Numbered from the stretch's first letter, positions 1 through 9,002 are shown. The stretch is 32,000 nucleotides of DNA from an uncultured Clostridia bacterium (GCA_948919095.1 CAQYCU010000006.1:13944-45943); one strand, 5' to 3'. The notes: generated by a model from the sequence alone, not told the origin. Program-made: numbers and translations.

Positions 1-769
1 TGTTTTGAATTATACTTTTTATTTCATTCTTTTCTACAAAATTGCTTGATATTCTTGTTCCCTTTTCATCGTTAAAAGTTGAAGCAGCAATTATTGGAAG
101 ACTGTATTTTTCAGCTAATTGTACACATCTATCATGAAGTACCTTGGCACCTTCAGTAGATGAAATCGACATTTCTTTATATGACATTTCATTTATCTTT
201 TTAGCATTTGTTATTTTATTTGGGTCTGCAGTATATATTCCATCTACGTCAGAAAATATATAACACTTTTTTGCTTGTAATACAGAAGCAACTGCAACTG
301 CCGAAGTATCAGAACCACCTCTCCCCAAAGTAGTTATGTCGCCATTTTCATTAATACCTTGAAATCCAGTAATTATAACTATCTTATCTTTTTTTAATTC
401 TTCTATAATTCTTTCTTTATTAATATCTAGTATTTGTGCATTTTGAAATTGATTACTTGTAAGTATTCCTGCTTGCCATCCATTTAATGATATTGCGTCG
501 TATCCTTTTTCATTAAGCAATATCGAAACTTTGCTTGCAGATATTTGTTCTCCAACGTTTATAAGTGCATCTAATTCTCTTTCATCTGGTACTTTACTTA
601 ACTCTTTTGCTTCATTTATCAAATTATCAGTCATCTTTCCTTGAGCAGAAACAATGCAAACTACATCTTTCTTTTTTTTCTTAAATTTAATTATTTTATT
701 TGCAACGACTTCAAGATTTTCATTGTTTGCAACAGAGCTTCCACCAAATTTTAATACAACTATATCCAT
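1..769 (-). CDS. lysC: Aspartate kinase, partial (runs off the left window edge)
   Basis: Minus-strand translation begins MDIVVLKFGGSSVANNENLKTVANKI and continues with LINVGEQISASKVSIAL, GFQGINENGDITTLGRGGSDTSAVAVA and CYIFSDVDGIYTADP, the hallmark aspartate kinase motifs. RBS GGAG upstream of the ATG at 769. Confidence 0.93.
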   Translation of the reverse strand, partial: MDIVVLKFGGSSVANNENLEVVANKIIKFKKKKKDVVCIVSAQGKMTDNLINEAKELSKVPDERELDALINVGEQISASKVSILLNEKGYDAISLNGWQAGILTSNQFQNAQILDINKERIIEELKKDKIVIITGFQGINENGDITTLGRGGSDTSAVAVASVLQAKKCYIFSDVDGIYTADPNKITNAKKINEMSYKEMSISSTEGAKVLHDRCVQLAEKYSLPIIAASTFNDEKGTRISSNFVEKNEIKSIIQN

Positions 770-848
770 AAATAAAACTCCTTTACATACTATATTAGTC
801 AATAAATTGATATAATATATAATATGCAAAGAAGTTTATTATGTTTAA

Positions 849-1508
849 TTATTTTATTCCCTTTATTGCAAAAATTACCATGAGAATTACAAATGTAACA
901 ATTAAAACTATAGTAGTTGTAATATATATTGCTCTTTTTGCTTGTAAATCTTCTTTAATTTTTTTGTCTTCCTCTTTCTGCTGTGGAAGTACTTCAAATT
1001 TAAAATTTTCAAAGAATTTTACTAATTCATTTTTATCTATCATAATTGTTGATAAAGTCATACATACTTGTTGTTCATCTTTTATGAAAATTACATTTAA
1101 TGAATATATGTATATCGGAAAGAATATTAGCATTTTAGTATTCTTTCTTGATAAGTATATATTTATCAAGTCTTCGTACTTTATTGTCATTTTATTAAAA
1201 TCAACATTGCAAACTAATTTATCTTTTTTTGCTTCTATTGTATATGTATTATTATAAATAAGTGCATATAACAATATTAAAATTAAAACAACTGCTACAC
1301 CTATACTGGCAAAATTTAGTTTATAAGCATAGAATAGTAATACTAAAAAAACAATCGTAAATATTAGCATTTTTAGTTTATTATTTTTTACAAATATTTT
1401 AAAGTTTGCATGTAATGCTGGAGTTCCTTGTATATCTGTTATATGACAATATAATTTATTATTACACTCATTATATATATCTTTCCATTTCATCTGTTTA
1501 CACCTCAC
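849..1508 (-). CDS. Small membrane protein, possibly YcxB-like; start may be the internal ATG at about 1493
   Basis: Two adjacent TM segments (MLIFTIVFLVLLFYAY, IGVAVVLILILLYALIY), a soluble domain, then a C-terminal TM. Family assignment rests on layout only. Confidence 0.6.
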   Translation of the reverse strand: MRCKQMKWKDIYNECNNKLYCHITDIQGTPALHANFKIFVKNNKLKMLIFTIVFLVLLFYAYKLNFASIGVAVVLILILLYALIYNNTYTIEAKKDKLVCNVDFNKMTIKYEDLINIYLSRKNTKMLIFFPIYIYSLNVIFIKDEQQVCMTLSTIMIDKNELVKFFENFKFEVLPQQKEEDKKIKEDLQAKRAIYITTTIVLIVTFVILMVIFAIKGIK

Positions 1509-1513
1509 ATTTA

Positions 1514-2701
1514 TTATTTTCCTTCTACTAATCTTAAGGTGTCACGTGCAATTACAAGTTCTTCATTTGTAGGTATTACATATACTGGGATTGAAGAATC
1601 ATCTGCAGAAATTAAAGCTTCCTCTCCTCTTACTTCGTTTCTTTTGTCATCAATTTTAATACCCATATATCCTAGATACTCACATATTCCTTTTCTTACT
1701 CTGTATTGATTTTCTCCAACACCAGCAGTAAATGTTATAACATCTATTCCTTGCATTGCTACTGCATATTTAGCTATAAATTGTGCTATTGTATATTTGT
1801 AATAATCTAAACCAATTCTTGCTTGTTCATTTCCATTGTCAATAGCTTCTTCAATATCACGAACATCACTTGAAAGCTCAGTCATTCCAAGTAATCCTGA
1901 TTTTTTATTTAATATACTGTCTGTTTCTTTTGGTGTCCATCCTTCTTTTTCCATCAAAAATGTTACTATTGATGGGTCTAAATCTCCAGAACGAGCACAC
2001 ATTGGTATTCCAGAAATTGGTGTTAATCCCATTGATGTTTCTACTGATTTTCCATTTTGGATTGCACATAAACTTGCTCCTTGTCCTAAGTGGCAATTTA
2101 CTATTTTTAAATCTTTTCTTCCCATTATTTCAGATATTCTATTTGCAACATAGTAATGTGAAGTTCCGTGGAATCCATATTTTCTTATTTTATATTTTTT
2201 GTAATATTCATATGATATTGGGAATATATATCTTTCTTTTTCTATTGTTTGATGAAATGCTGTATCAAATACAACTACCATAGGCTTTCCTGGCATTAAT
2301 TCTTTACATGCATTTATTCCTATTACTGCTGATGGATTATGTACTGGTGCTAAACTTGAACAGTCATCAATTTTTTTAATTACTTCATCATCAACTAATA
2401 CTGATTGTTTGAAGTATTCTCCACCATGTACTATTCTGTGTCCTATTGCTCCTATTTCATCTAGGCTTTCTATAGCTGGATATTCTTTTTTTAGTAATTG
2501 TTCTATTGAGAAATTTAATGCTTCTTTATGATTCTTTACAGGATGCTGTAATACATATTTTTCTCCATTTATTTTATGTGTTAAAAATGACTCTTCCCCT
2601 ATTCTTTCATATGTTCCTTTTGCTATAACTTCTTCATTAGCCATATCTATTAATTGATATTTTAATGATGAACTTCCACAATTAACTACTAAAATTTTCA
2701 T
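1514..2701 (-). CDS. ackA: Acetate kinase
   Basis: MKILVVNCGSSSLKYQLIDM, IGHRIVHGGEYF, FDTAFHQTI, KYGFHGTSHYYV, NCHLGQGASLCAI, FTAGVGEN. The ORF-track start at 2725 is 8 codons upstream; the canonical start is 2701 with GGAG-type RBS. Confidence 0.97.
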   Translation of the reverse strand: MKILVVNCGSSSLKYQLIDMANEEVIAKGTYERIGEESFLTHKINGEKYVLQHPVKNHKEALNFSIEQLLKKEYPAIESLDEIGAIGHRIVHGGEYFKQSVLVDDEVIKKIDDCSSLAPVHNPSAVIGINACKELMPGKPMVVVFDTAFHQTIEKERYIFPISYEYYKKYKIRKYGFHGTSHYYVANRISEIMGRKDLKIVNCHLGQGASLCAIQNGKSVETSMGLTPISGIPMCARSGDLDPSIVTFLMEKEGWTPKETDSILNKKSGLLGMTELSSDVRDIEEAIDNGNEQARIGLDYYKYTIAQFIAKYAVAMQGIDVITFTAGVGENQYRVRKGICEYLGYMGIKIDDKRNEVRGEEALISADDSSIPVYVIPTNEELVIARDTLRLVEGK

Positions 2702-2773
2702 AATAATTTCCTCATATTCTTTCAAATTATATTTAGGTTTTTGTATGTGGCTTTACCTATAACCCTTAAGAAT

Positions 2774-3808
2774 TTATTGTTTACTTGAAATTGCCTGAAC
2801 TGCTGTTATAGCAATTACTCCTGCAACGTCTTCTGCTGAGCAGCCTCGTGATAAATCATTTGCTGGTTTTGCTAAGCCTTGGCACAATGGTCCATATGCT
2901 TTAGCATGTGCAAGTCTTTGCACTAATTTATATCCTATGTTTCCAGAATTTAAATCTGGGAAAACTAATATGTTTGCTTTTCCTTGTAATTTGCTTTCAG
3001 GTGCTTTTAGTTTTGCAATTTCAGGAATTATTGCCGCATCTAATTGTAATTCTCCATCAATAAGTAACTCTGGTAATTTTTCATTTGCAATTTTAGTTCC
3101 TTCTATTACTTTTTCTGTAAGTTCTGAATGTGCACTTCCTTTTGTTGAATATGAAAGCATTGCAACTTTTGGCTCTGCTGTTTCTGATACAAGTTCTTTG
3201 AACGACTCTGCTGACTCAATGGCAATGTCTGCAAGTTGCTCTGCTGTTGGATTTTCATTCATGCCACAGTCTGCAAATATGTATACTCCATTTTCTCCAA
3301 ATTCTTTATCATCTACACACATTACAAAAAATGCTGATATTGTTTTTATTCCTTCTCTTCCCTTTATTATTTGTAATACTGGTCTCAATGTGTCAGCTGT
3401 TGGGTGGTCTGCTCCTGAAACATAACCATCTGCTTCGTTCATTTTTATCATCATTGTTGCAAAATAATTGTAATCAGTTGTGAGAAGTGTATGCGCCTTT
3501 TCTATTGTCATTCCTTTATGCTTTCTAAGTTCATATAACATATTTTCATATTTTTCTAGTTTTTCTGACTTTTCTGGATTTATTATTTCTGCTTTTGTTA
3601 TATCAATATTATTTTCTTTAGCGAATGTCCTTATCTCTTCTTCATCTCCTAATAAAATAATATTTGCATATCCTTCTCTTAGTGCTATTTCTGCTCCTTT
3701 AAGAATTCTAATATCGTTTGCTTCTGGCAAGCAAATTGTTTGTATATCTTTTTTTACTCTTTCTTTTATTTTCTGAATAAAGTCCATTGTGTTTTGGTCC
3801 TTTCTCAT
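2774..3808 (-). CDS. pta: Phosphate acetyltransferase; start may be the internal ATG of MDFIQKIKER
   Basis: ICLPEANDIRILKGAEIA, DGYVSGADHPTADTLRPVLQII, MLSYSTKGSA, LQGKANILVFPDLNSGNIGYKLVQRLA; adjacent to ackA. Confidence 0.96.
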   Translation of the reverse strand: MRKDQNTMDFIQKIKERVKKDIQTICLPEANDIRILKGAEIALREGYANIILLGDEEEIRTFAKENNIDITKAEIINPEKSEKLEKYENMLYELRKHKGMTIEKAHTLLTTDYNYFATMMIKMNEADGYVSGADHPTADTLRPVLQIIKGREGIKTISAFFVMCVDDKEFGENGVYIFADCGMNENPTAEQLADIAIESAESFKELVSETAEPKVAMLSYSTKGSAHSELTEKVIEGTKIANEKLPELLIDGELQLDAAIIPEIAKLKAPESKLQGKANILVFPDLNSGNIGYKLVQRLAHAKAYGPLCQGLAKPANDLSRGCSAEDVAGVIAITAVQAISSKQ

Positions 3809-3907
3809 TGTTTATTATAATTACGGTTTAACCGTTACTTATTATATATAATCTGTTCAAAAATTACAAGAGATTTATAGTAAATTTATTATATTGTTTT
3901 TATATAA

Positions 3908-3954
3908 CAATAATAAAAAGAAGAAGTTTTTTTGTTATATCCTTCTTCCTTATA
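3908..3954 (-). terminator. Putative intrinsic terminator after the RluA-family gene
   Basis: Minus strand GGAAGAAGGATATAACAAAAAAACTTCTTCTTTTTATT: a short GAAGAAG/CTTCTTC stem followed by a T tract. Confidence 0.5.
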
Positions 3955-3959
3955 ATAAT

Positions 3960-4820
3960 TTATTTTATTAAATTTTCCATATCTTTTGGAATAAGTGCTG
4001 TTATATCAATTACTTGTCTTGTCACAGGATGAGTAAATTGTATATGATATGCGTGTAGTGCCTGTCTTTCAATTAAGTTCGATTTTTGTCCATACAAACT
4101 ATCTCCTACTAATGGATAATTAATGTATGACATGTGAACTCTTATTTGATGAGTACGACCTGTTTTTAAAATACATTTTACAAGTGAAAGTTTTGTGTTG
4201 TTGATTGTAAAGTTTTTTATTGCTTTGTATTCTGTTATTGCTGTTTGTCCATCAACAGATACGCATCTTTCTATTATGCTTTTATCTTTTCGAGAAATTG
4301 GTTCATTAATAATACCTTCTCCTGTCAAAGTTCCTTCTACAATAGCAACGTATTCTTTTTGATAATTAATTAAGCTTTCTTGTATATATTCTGACTTTGC
4401 AAATATTACTATTCCTGTAGTATTTTTATCAAGTCTATTTACTATTCTAATTTTTTTGTTTATATTATGTGTGTCAAAATAATATTTTACACCATTTGAT
4501 AAGCTGCCTTCATAACAGTCCATACATGGGTGCACAGGAATAAACGCTTGCTTATTCACTATTAAAAGCCACTCGTCTTCATACAATATATCAATTTTAA
4601 TATTAGAATTTGGTATAATGTTTTCACAAGTTTCGTTAAAGTCTAAATCAACTTCGACTATATCATTTTCATTTACTTCTTGATAGTCTTTTGCTAGCTT
4701 TCCATTTACAAATATTCTGTCTTTTTTTATTTTTTTACATAGTCTTTCTGAAATTGATAAGTCTTCACGTAGTACTTGTTTTACAGTTTTTCTTTGTTTT
4801 ACAATGTGTTTTAGTTTCAT
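3960..4820 (-). CDS. RluA-family pseudouridine synthase
   Basis: S4-like N-terminus (MKLKHIVKQRKTVKQVLREDLSISERLCKKIKKDRIFVNGK); VNKQAFIPVHPC; catalytic IVNRLDKNTTGIVIFAKS; LKTGRTHQIRVHM; GDSLYG; LHAYHIQFTHP. Confidence 0.93.
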   Translation of the reverse strand: MKLKHIVKQRKTVKQVLREDLSISERLCKKIKKDRIFVNGKLAKDYQEVNENDIVEVDLDFNETCENIIPNSNIKIDILYEDEWLLIVNKQAFIPVHPCMDCYEGSLSNGVKYYFDTHNINKKIRIVNRLDKNTTGIVIFAKSEYIQESLINYQKEYVAIVEGTLTGEGIINEPISRKDKSIIERCVSVDGQTAITEYKAIKNFTINNTKLSLVKCILKTGRTHQIRVHMSYINYPLVGDSLYGQKSNLIERQALHAYHIQFTHPVTRQVIDITALIPKDMENLIK

Positions 4821-4833
4821 AATTTATCGTCCA

Positions 4834-6134
4834 TTATATTAAAAATGTAGCATACAATGGTATAGACTTTATGCTATTTTCAAAGCCAAAATTCTTAGCA
4901 GAAATCCTAATAGCATATTTAGGATTATGTTCTCTTATATATGAGTTTAGACTGGTAGACTTTGTACTAACTCCACTCTTTACTTCTACTGGAATTATTC
5001 CATCATTATTATATATAACAAAGTCAACTTCTGCATTTCTGCCATATGTCCAATAATATAATGGTATATCCCTTGCTGTAAATTCTTGTGCAATATAACT
5101 TTCTGTTACTGCTCCTTTAAACTCAAATGGTTTTTCTAACATAATATCAGGATAGTTTATTCCAGATATTGAGGTTAATAATCCAATATCACTCAAATAT
5201 AATTTAAACATATCATCATCTATATAAACTTTAAGTGGTATTTCAGGCTTCTTTATTTTATAACTTGCTAATACCATTCCTGATGAAATCAGCCATTCAA
5301 TAGGAGTTTCATATTTTCTTTTTCTGCCCTCTTCTTCTATTAAATTATACTTAAATGTTTTTTTGTCTTTTGCTAATTGACTAGGTATATTTTTATATAC
5401 TTTTTCAATTTTAACTGTTTCTATACTACCTTTTACATATTTTTTCATATCAGCTATGTACATTTCAACAATATTTGATATTATACGAGGGTCATATTTT
5501 AATAAATCTAAATCGTTTTCAATAAAATTGTTAACTGATTCTGGCATTCCGCCTACACATAGATATTGTTTGTATAAAGTAAGAGCTTGTTCATGGGCAA
5601 AATCTGGCATTGGTTCTATATTAAAGTAACATTTTCTAATTTTTCCTAGTAATAATTCATTTCCAGTAGCCATTAAAAATTCTTCAAAATTCATTGGATA
5701 CATATATTCCATTGTCACTTTACCTACTGGGAAAGAACTATTAAATCTATTTATTTTTACTCCGTAATAAGCTTCCTGCACAAATAATTTTATATGGCTT
5801 GCTTGATTCATTAAAATACTTAAGTGAAACTATAAAGTTTTCACTAACCTGAACTTCGTCAAAAAATAATAATGTTTTATCTACATCTATTTTTCTTCCG
5901 ATATATAATTCTAATTCTTCTATTATCTTTTCTTCATTAATTGTTTTTTCAAATATCGCTCTTAGTTCTTCTTCTTTTTCTAAATTAAAATATAAATACT
6001 CTTCAAAGTTTTCTTTTCCAAACTTATCAATTGTATAAGTTTTTCCAATTTGTCTTACACCGAATTACCATTAGTGGCTTTTTCATTCCTGTATCTTTCC
6101 AAGCTGATAATTTTTTTTCAAACAATCTTTTCAT
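4834..6134 (-). CDS. AAA+ ATPase with C-terminal DUF4143, encoded in three frames joined by two +1 shifts at CGG codons (minus CGGT at 6062..6059, minus CGGA at 5764..5761)
   Basis: Reconstructed 432-aa product: MKRLFEKKLSAWKDTGMKKPLMVI[G]VRQIGKTYTIDKFGKENFEEYLYFNLEKEEEL...VDKTLLFFDEVQVSENFIVSLKYFNESSKPYKIICAGSLL[G]VKINRFNSSFPVGKVTMEYMYPMNFEEFL... joined to ORF 4834..5811. Walker A and Walker B are intact and there are no stops other than those caused by the two shifts. RBS GAGGAG upstream of the ATG at 6134. The alternative call is a frameshifted pseudogene or assembly error. Confidence 0.8.
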
Positions 6135-6185
6135 CTTTCACTCCTCGTATATGGAATATGGATACTCCTTTTTATTTCTAATTAC

Positions 6186-6215
6186 ATTATAATCATAAAC
6201 AAAATAAAAAGTCAA
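6186..6215 (-). promoter_or_regulatory. Putative sigma-A promoter for the DUF4143 ATPase gene
   Basis: Minus strand TTGACT (6215..6210), 18-nt spacer, TATAAT (6191..6186), about 50 nt upstream of the start codon. Confidence 0.6.
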
Positions 6216-6223
6216 TGATTTTT

Positions 6224-6269
6224 GCCACTTTTTGCACACTTTTTCAAATCATTTTCGCCACTTTTTGCA
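6224..6269. repeat. Two direct copies of GCCACTTTTTGCA (6224..6236 and 6257..6269)
   Basis: Exact 13-nt match with a period of 33 bp, directly upstream of the putative promoter. Confidence 0.7.
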
Positions 6270-6287
6270 TTTTTTAGGGTTTGAATT

Positions 6288-6336
6288 AAGAAATGAGACA
6301 ATTCTAGAGTTACTTTTTAGAATTATCTCATTTCTT
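6288..6336 (-). terminator. Long hairpin downstream of the HipA-like remnant, terminator-like
   Basis: AAGAAATGAGA-c-AATTCTA / TAGAATT-a-TCTCATTTCTT: 18 of 19 positions paired, about 12-nt loop. The T tract is only moderate on the minus strand. Confidence 0.5.
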
Positions 6337-6338
6337 TA

Positions 6339-6765
6339 CTATCTTAATTTTTCATAAACTTCTTTTATTATCAAATATCTAATATAAATTATTTTCTTGT
6401 AAAATTCTTTTCTAACAGATGACATATATGGTATTTCACTTATAAAAGTATTAATTTTGTCAATATCAATTTTGTCAAATATTCTTGTAATTGCATTGTT
6501 ACACTCTTCATTCATATTCTGAAAATGCATTACTTATATATGATATGTTTTTATTTTTATCCATTATTGGGTCTGGAAATTTAACTAAATACTTTTTATT
6601 ATCATATATTAATGTTTTCTTTTTTTCTGAGCCTTTATAAATATTTAATTCTTCTATTGCTTTTGTGAAATCAATTATTGTGTTCTCCTCTATTAATTCT
6701 TTTTTATTATAACATACCATAAAGTAAAAATAAAGGATTTTTGAAATATTTGCTATATTATACAT
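6339..6765 (-). pseudogene. HipA-like serine/threonine kinase remnant with a large internal deletion
   Basis: The 6508..6765 ORF contains a HipA-like N-terminus (MVCYNKKELIEENTIIDFTKAIEELNIYKGSEKKKTLIYDNKKYLVKFPDPI...ISYISNAFSEYE). It abuts, in another frame, a C-terminal-like segment in the 6339..6530 ORF (ECNNAITRIFDKIDIDKINTFISEIPYMSSVRKEFYKKIIYIRYLIIKEVYEKLR). Confidence 0.6.
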
Positions 6766-6772
6766 TGTATTA

Positions 6773-6819
6773 AAAAAGAGAAAGATTTGGAATTGTTTTC
6801 CAACTTTTTCTCCTTTTTA
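6773..6819 (-). terminator. Putative intrinsic terminator downstream of the 6820..7734 ORF
   Basis: Minus strand AAAGGAGAAAAAGTTGGAA-AACAA-TTCCAAATCTTTCTCTTTTTT. Confidence 0.6.
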
Positions 6820-7734
6820 TTAATATATATTATTAATTGTATCATCACTATTTTGTTTATATTCTGATGGAAATTGAGCTGTTGTTAATTGAATTTCTCT
6901 ATCTCTTCTTAAATATAATGTATTTAAAGGTCCAAAATATCCATTTCCATCCCCATTATCTTCTGCATCATAATAAAATACTCTCCATGTTCCTCCTGCA
7001 GGTGGATTATAATCTACTACTCGTTTTCCAATATTTCTTTGTATGGTTTCTGCTGTTATTTGTTTTGCTTGTGCTACTGTTATTCCATCTATTAATGTTA
7101 CATTTGTTGTTTTTGCATTTGAGTTTGGAGTTATATTATCTGCATTATCTGTTGCAGTTACTGTTACTGTGTAGGTTGTTTCTTCTCTATTTCCTGTTGG
7201 AGTTGTTGTTATTTCTATTGTTTGACCAGCTGTAAATGTTCCTGTTTTCTTATCTACTGGAATTCCTGCTAAAGTTGTATCTTGCGCTGAAGTTATTGTA
7301 TAATTAAAATATTTTAGTCCACTTTCATTATCATGTCCTATTGCAGTAAATTTTATTTTTAAGCCTTCTGCTTTTGCATCTATTGAGTCAACTACTGGAG
7401 GGATATTGTCTACTCTTATTGTTATAGGTATTGTTTTTGTGTTTGATTTTCCATTGCTATCTTGTGCATTTATTACTATTGTTGTATCTGTTGTTGTATC
7501 TGTTGTTATATTAGTTATAGAATATCTTCCATCTGCATCTATTGAAAAACCTGTGATTTCTGCTCCATCTTTTGTTGCTGATACTATTGTTATATTTCCA
7601 CCACTATATGTTACAATTCTACCTGTTACACTTACATTTGCTTCACTTGGATTTAGCCAGCCATTATTTCCACTTACACTTGCTGTTATTATTACTCCGT
7701 CTGCTGGTCCAATATAATCTAATATTTTAGGCAC
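6820..7734 (-). CDS. Surface/extracellular Ig-like or fibronectin-like domain protein, probably 5'-truncated
   Basis: Beta-rich, Thr-rich sequence (VDNIPPVVDSIDAKAEGLKIKFTAIGHDNESGLKYFNYTI..., YTVTVTATDNADNI). The GTG start has no obvious RBS and no signal peptide. The frame stays open upstream to about 7868 without an ATG/GTG/TTG that I could find. Confidence 0.55.
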   Translation of the reverse strand: MPKILDYIGPADGVIITASVSGNNGWLNPSEANVSVTGRIVTYSGGNITIVSATKDGAEITGFSIDADGRYSITNITTDTTTDTTIVINAQDSNGKSNTKTIPITIRVDNIPPVVDSIDAKAEGLKIKFTAIGHDNESGLKYFNYTITSAQDTTLAGIPVDKKTGTFTAGQTIEITTTPTGNREETTYTVTVTATDNADNITPNSNAKTTNVTLIDGITVAQAKQITAETIQRNIGKRVVDYNPPAGGTWRVFYYDAEDNGDGNGYFGPLNTLYLRRDREIQLTTAQFPSEYKQNSDDTINNIY

Positions 7735-7867
7735 CGTTCTATCTACTTCAAATATATATCCCTCTACTATTGCTTGACTAATATTGGGATTTGTTCCTTC
7801 TTTTATATCTTCTCCTATACTATTTTTTATATTGATTTTAATATTTGTAATACAAATGTAATATTGA

Positions 7868-8899
7868 TTATAAGTTCGATATCTCCTGCATTACACTTTT
7901 ATATTGCATGTAAAATATATTTTTATTATTCAAAGCAACTGTACTCTCTAAGTTTTTTATCATTGCATATATTTTATCAAGATTATTTTTCTCTTTTTGG
8001 TTTTTTGCAGATGAAACTATTTTTTCAAACTTCTCAGTTGCTGATTTTATGCTGTTTGTAATCTCCATCCATTTATTACTATTGGCTAATGAATATGCAT
8101 TTAAAATCTCCATTTTTGTACTGTATAAATTAGTGGTATATTCATCAGATGATAATATTTCCATATATGTTGGAATATTTGAATATAAGTTATATAAATT
8201 TACTAAACAGCTATTTTTATCTTTGTTCAATATAGATTGAGCAATTCCATTTAAATGAATATTAATATTTTCTAAGTGCTCATTATCTATACCAGCTTTT
8301 TTTAAATCTAATTGTGTTGTTGGAGAAGTTGAAAGTATGTTTTCATATATGTTCGTTATTGTATCCCAGTCAGGTTCTTTTTCATCTGTTTCAGTTAAAG
8401 AGTTAACTAATGTTAAATCTGTTTCTTTTTCACTGTTTCCATTTGAATTACCTGGTGAATTTTGACTACTTCCACCAGAAGATTTGTTTTCAGAACCACT
8501 AGATGAACTGTCCCCTGAAGACTGTCCTTTTTCACTTGATGAGCTATCTCCTGAGTTTTCTTCGCTAGATGATTGTTTTCCACTTCCGCTCTCACTTGTC
8601 TCTGGATTTCCCTTATTAGAATTCCCTCCTGCACTTTTACTATTTGAACTATCATCCCCACTATTAATAGTTTTAGTATACACTTTGTATCGTGTAACAG
8701 ATATGTTGTTAAGTTTATTCATTGCATCAATTATATTATAGTCAATAAAGCTTAGTTCATCTGTTATTTTAGACATAAGTAAATCTTTGTCCTCTTTTTC
8801 TTTTCCATTTATAACTTTCATAGTTATTAAAGTTATAGCTAATATAACAAAAATAATTGATAAAATTGCTGTTATAATTTTAAATAAATTCTTTTTCAT
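7868..8899 (-). CDS. Secreted or membrane-anchored protein of unknown function with a long Ser/Gly/Asn/Glu linker
   Basis: N-terminal TM/signal anchor MKKNLFKIITAILSIIFVILAITLITMKV; linker DDSSNSKSAGGNSNKGNPETSESGSGKQSSSEENSGDSSSSEKG...; helical C-terminus. Confidence 0.7.
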   Translation of the reverse strand: MKKNLFKIITAILSIIFVILAITLITMKVINGKEKEDKDLLMSKITDELSFIDYNIIDAMNKLNNISVTRYKVYTKTINSGDDSSNSKSAGGNSNKGNPETSESGSGKQSSSEENSGDSSSSEKGQSSGDSSSSGSENKSSGGSSQNSPGNSNGNSEKETDLTLVNSLTETDEKEPDWDTITNIYENILSTSPTTQLDLKKAGIDNEHLENINIHLNGIAQSILNKDKNSCLVNLYNLYSNIPTYMEILSSDEYTTNLYSTKMEILNAYSLANSNKWMEITNSIKSATEKFEKIVSSAKNQKEKNNLDKIYAMIKNLESTVALNNKNIFYMQYKSVMQEISNL

Positions 8900-8947
8900 A
8901 AATCATTTATCTCCATGAAAAGGCATTCTTTATTTTACATATAAAAA

Positions 8948-8979
8948 TACCTCATAATAATTAATATTATTATGAGGTA
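8948..8979 (-). terminator. Intrinsic terminator downstream of rnpB
   Basis: Perfect 14-bp inverted repeat TACCTCATAATAAT-TAAT-ATTATTATGAGGTA followed on the minus strand by TTTTTAT. Confidence 0.75.
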
Positions 8980-9002
8980 AAATGCCAAATTTTATTCATT
9001 TA

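Noticed and set aside
1836-3776. Plus-strand ORFs within the ackA/pta region, including 1836..2153, 1870..2283, 2937..3425 and 3480..3776
   Set aside because: They are antisense to strongly supported minus-strand genes, have no recognisable domains and reflect AT-rich composition.
4834-6134. Treating the DUF4143 ATPase simply as a decayed pseudogene
   Set aside because: Not fully rejected, but disfavoured: the only two defects are identical +1 events at CGG codons, while promoter, RBS, catalytic motifs and remaining frames are intact. Read-level data are needed.
6218-6272. CRISPR-like repeat array
   Set aside because: Only two 13-nt copies with a 20-nt gap; too short and too few for CRISPR.
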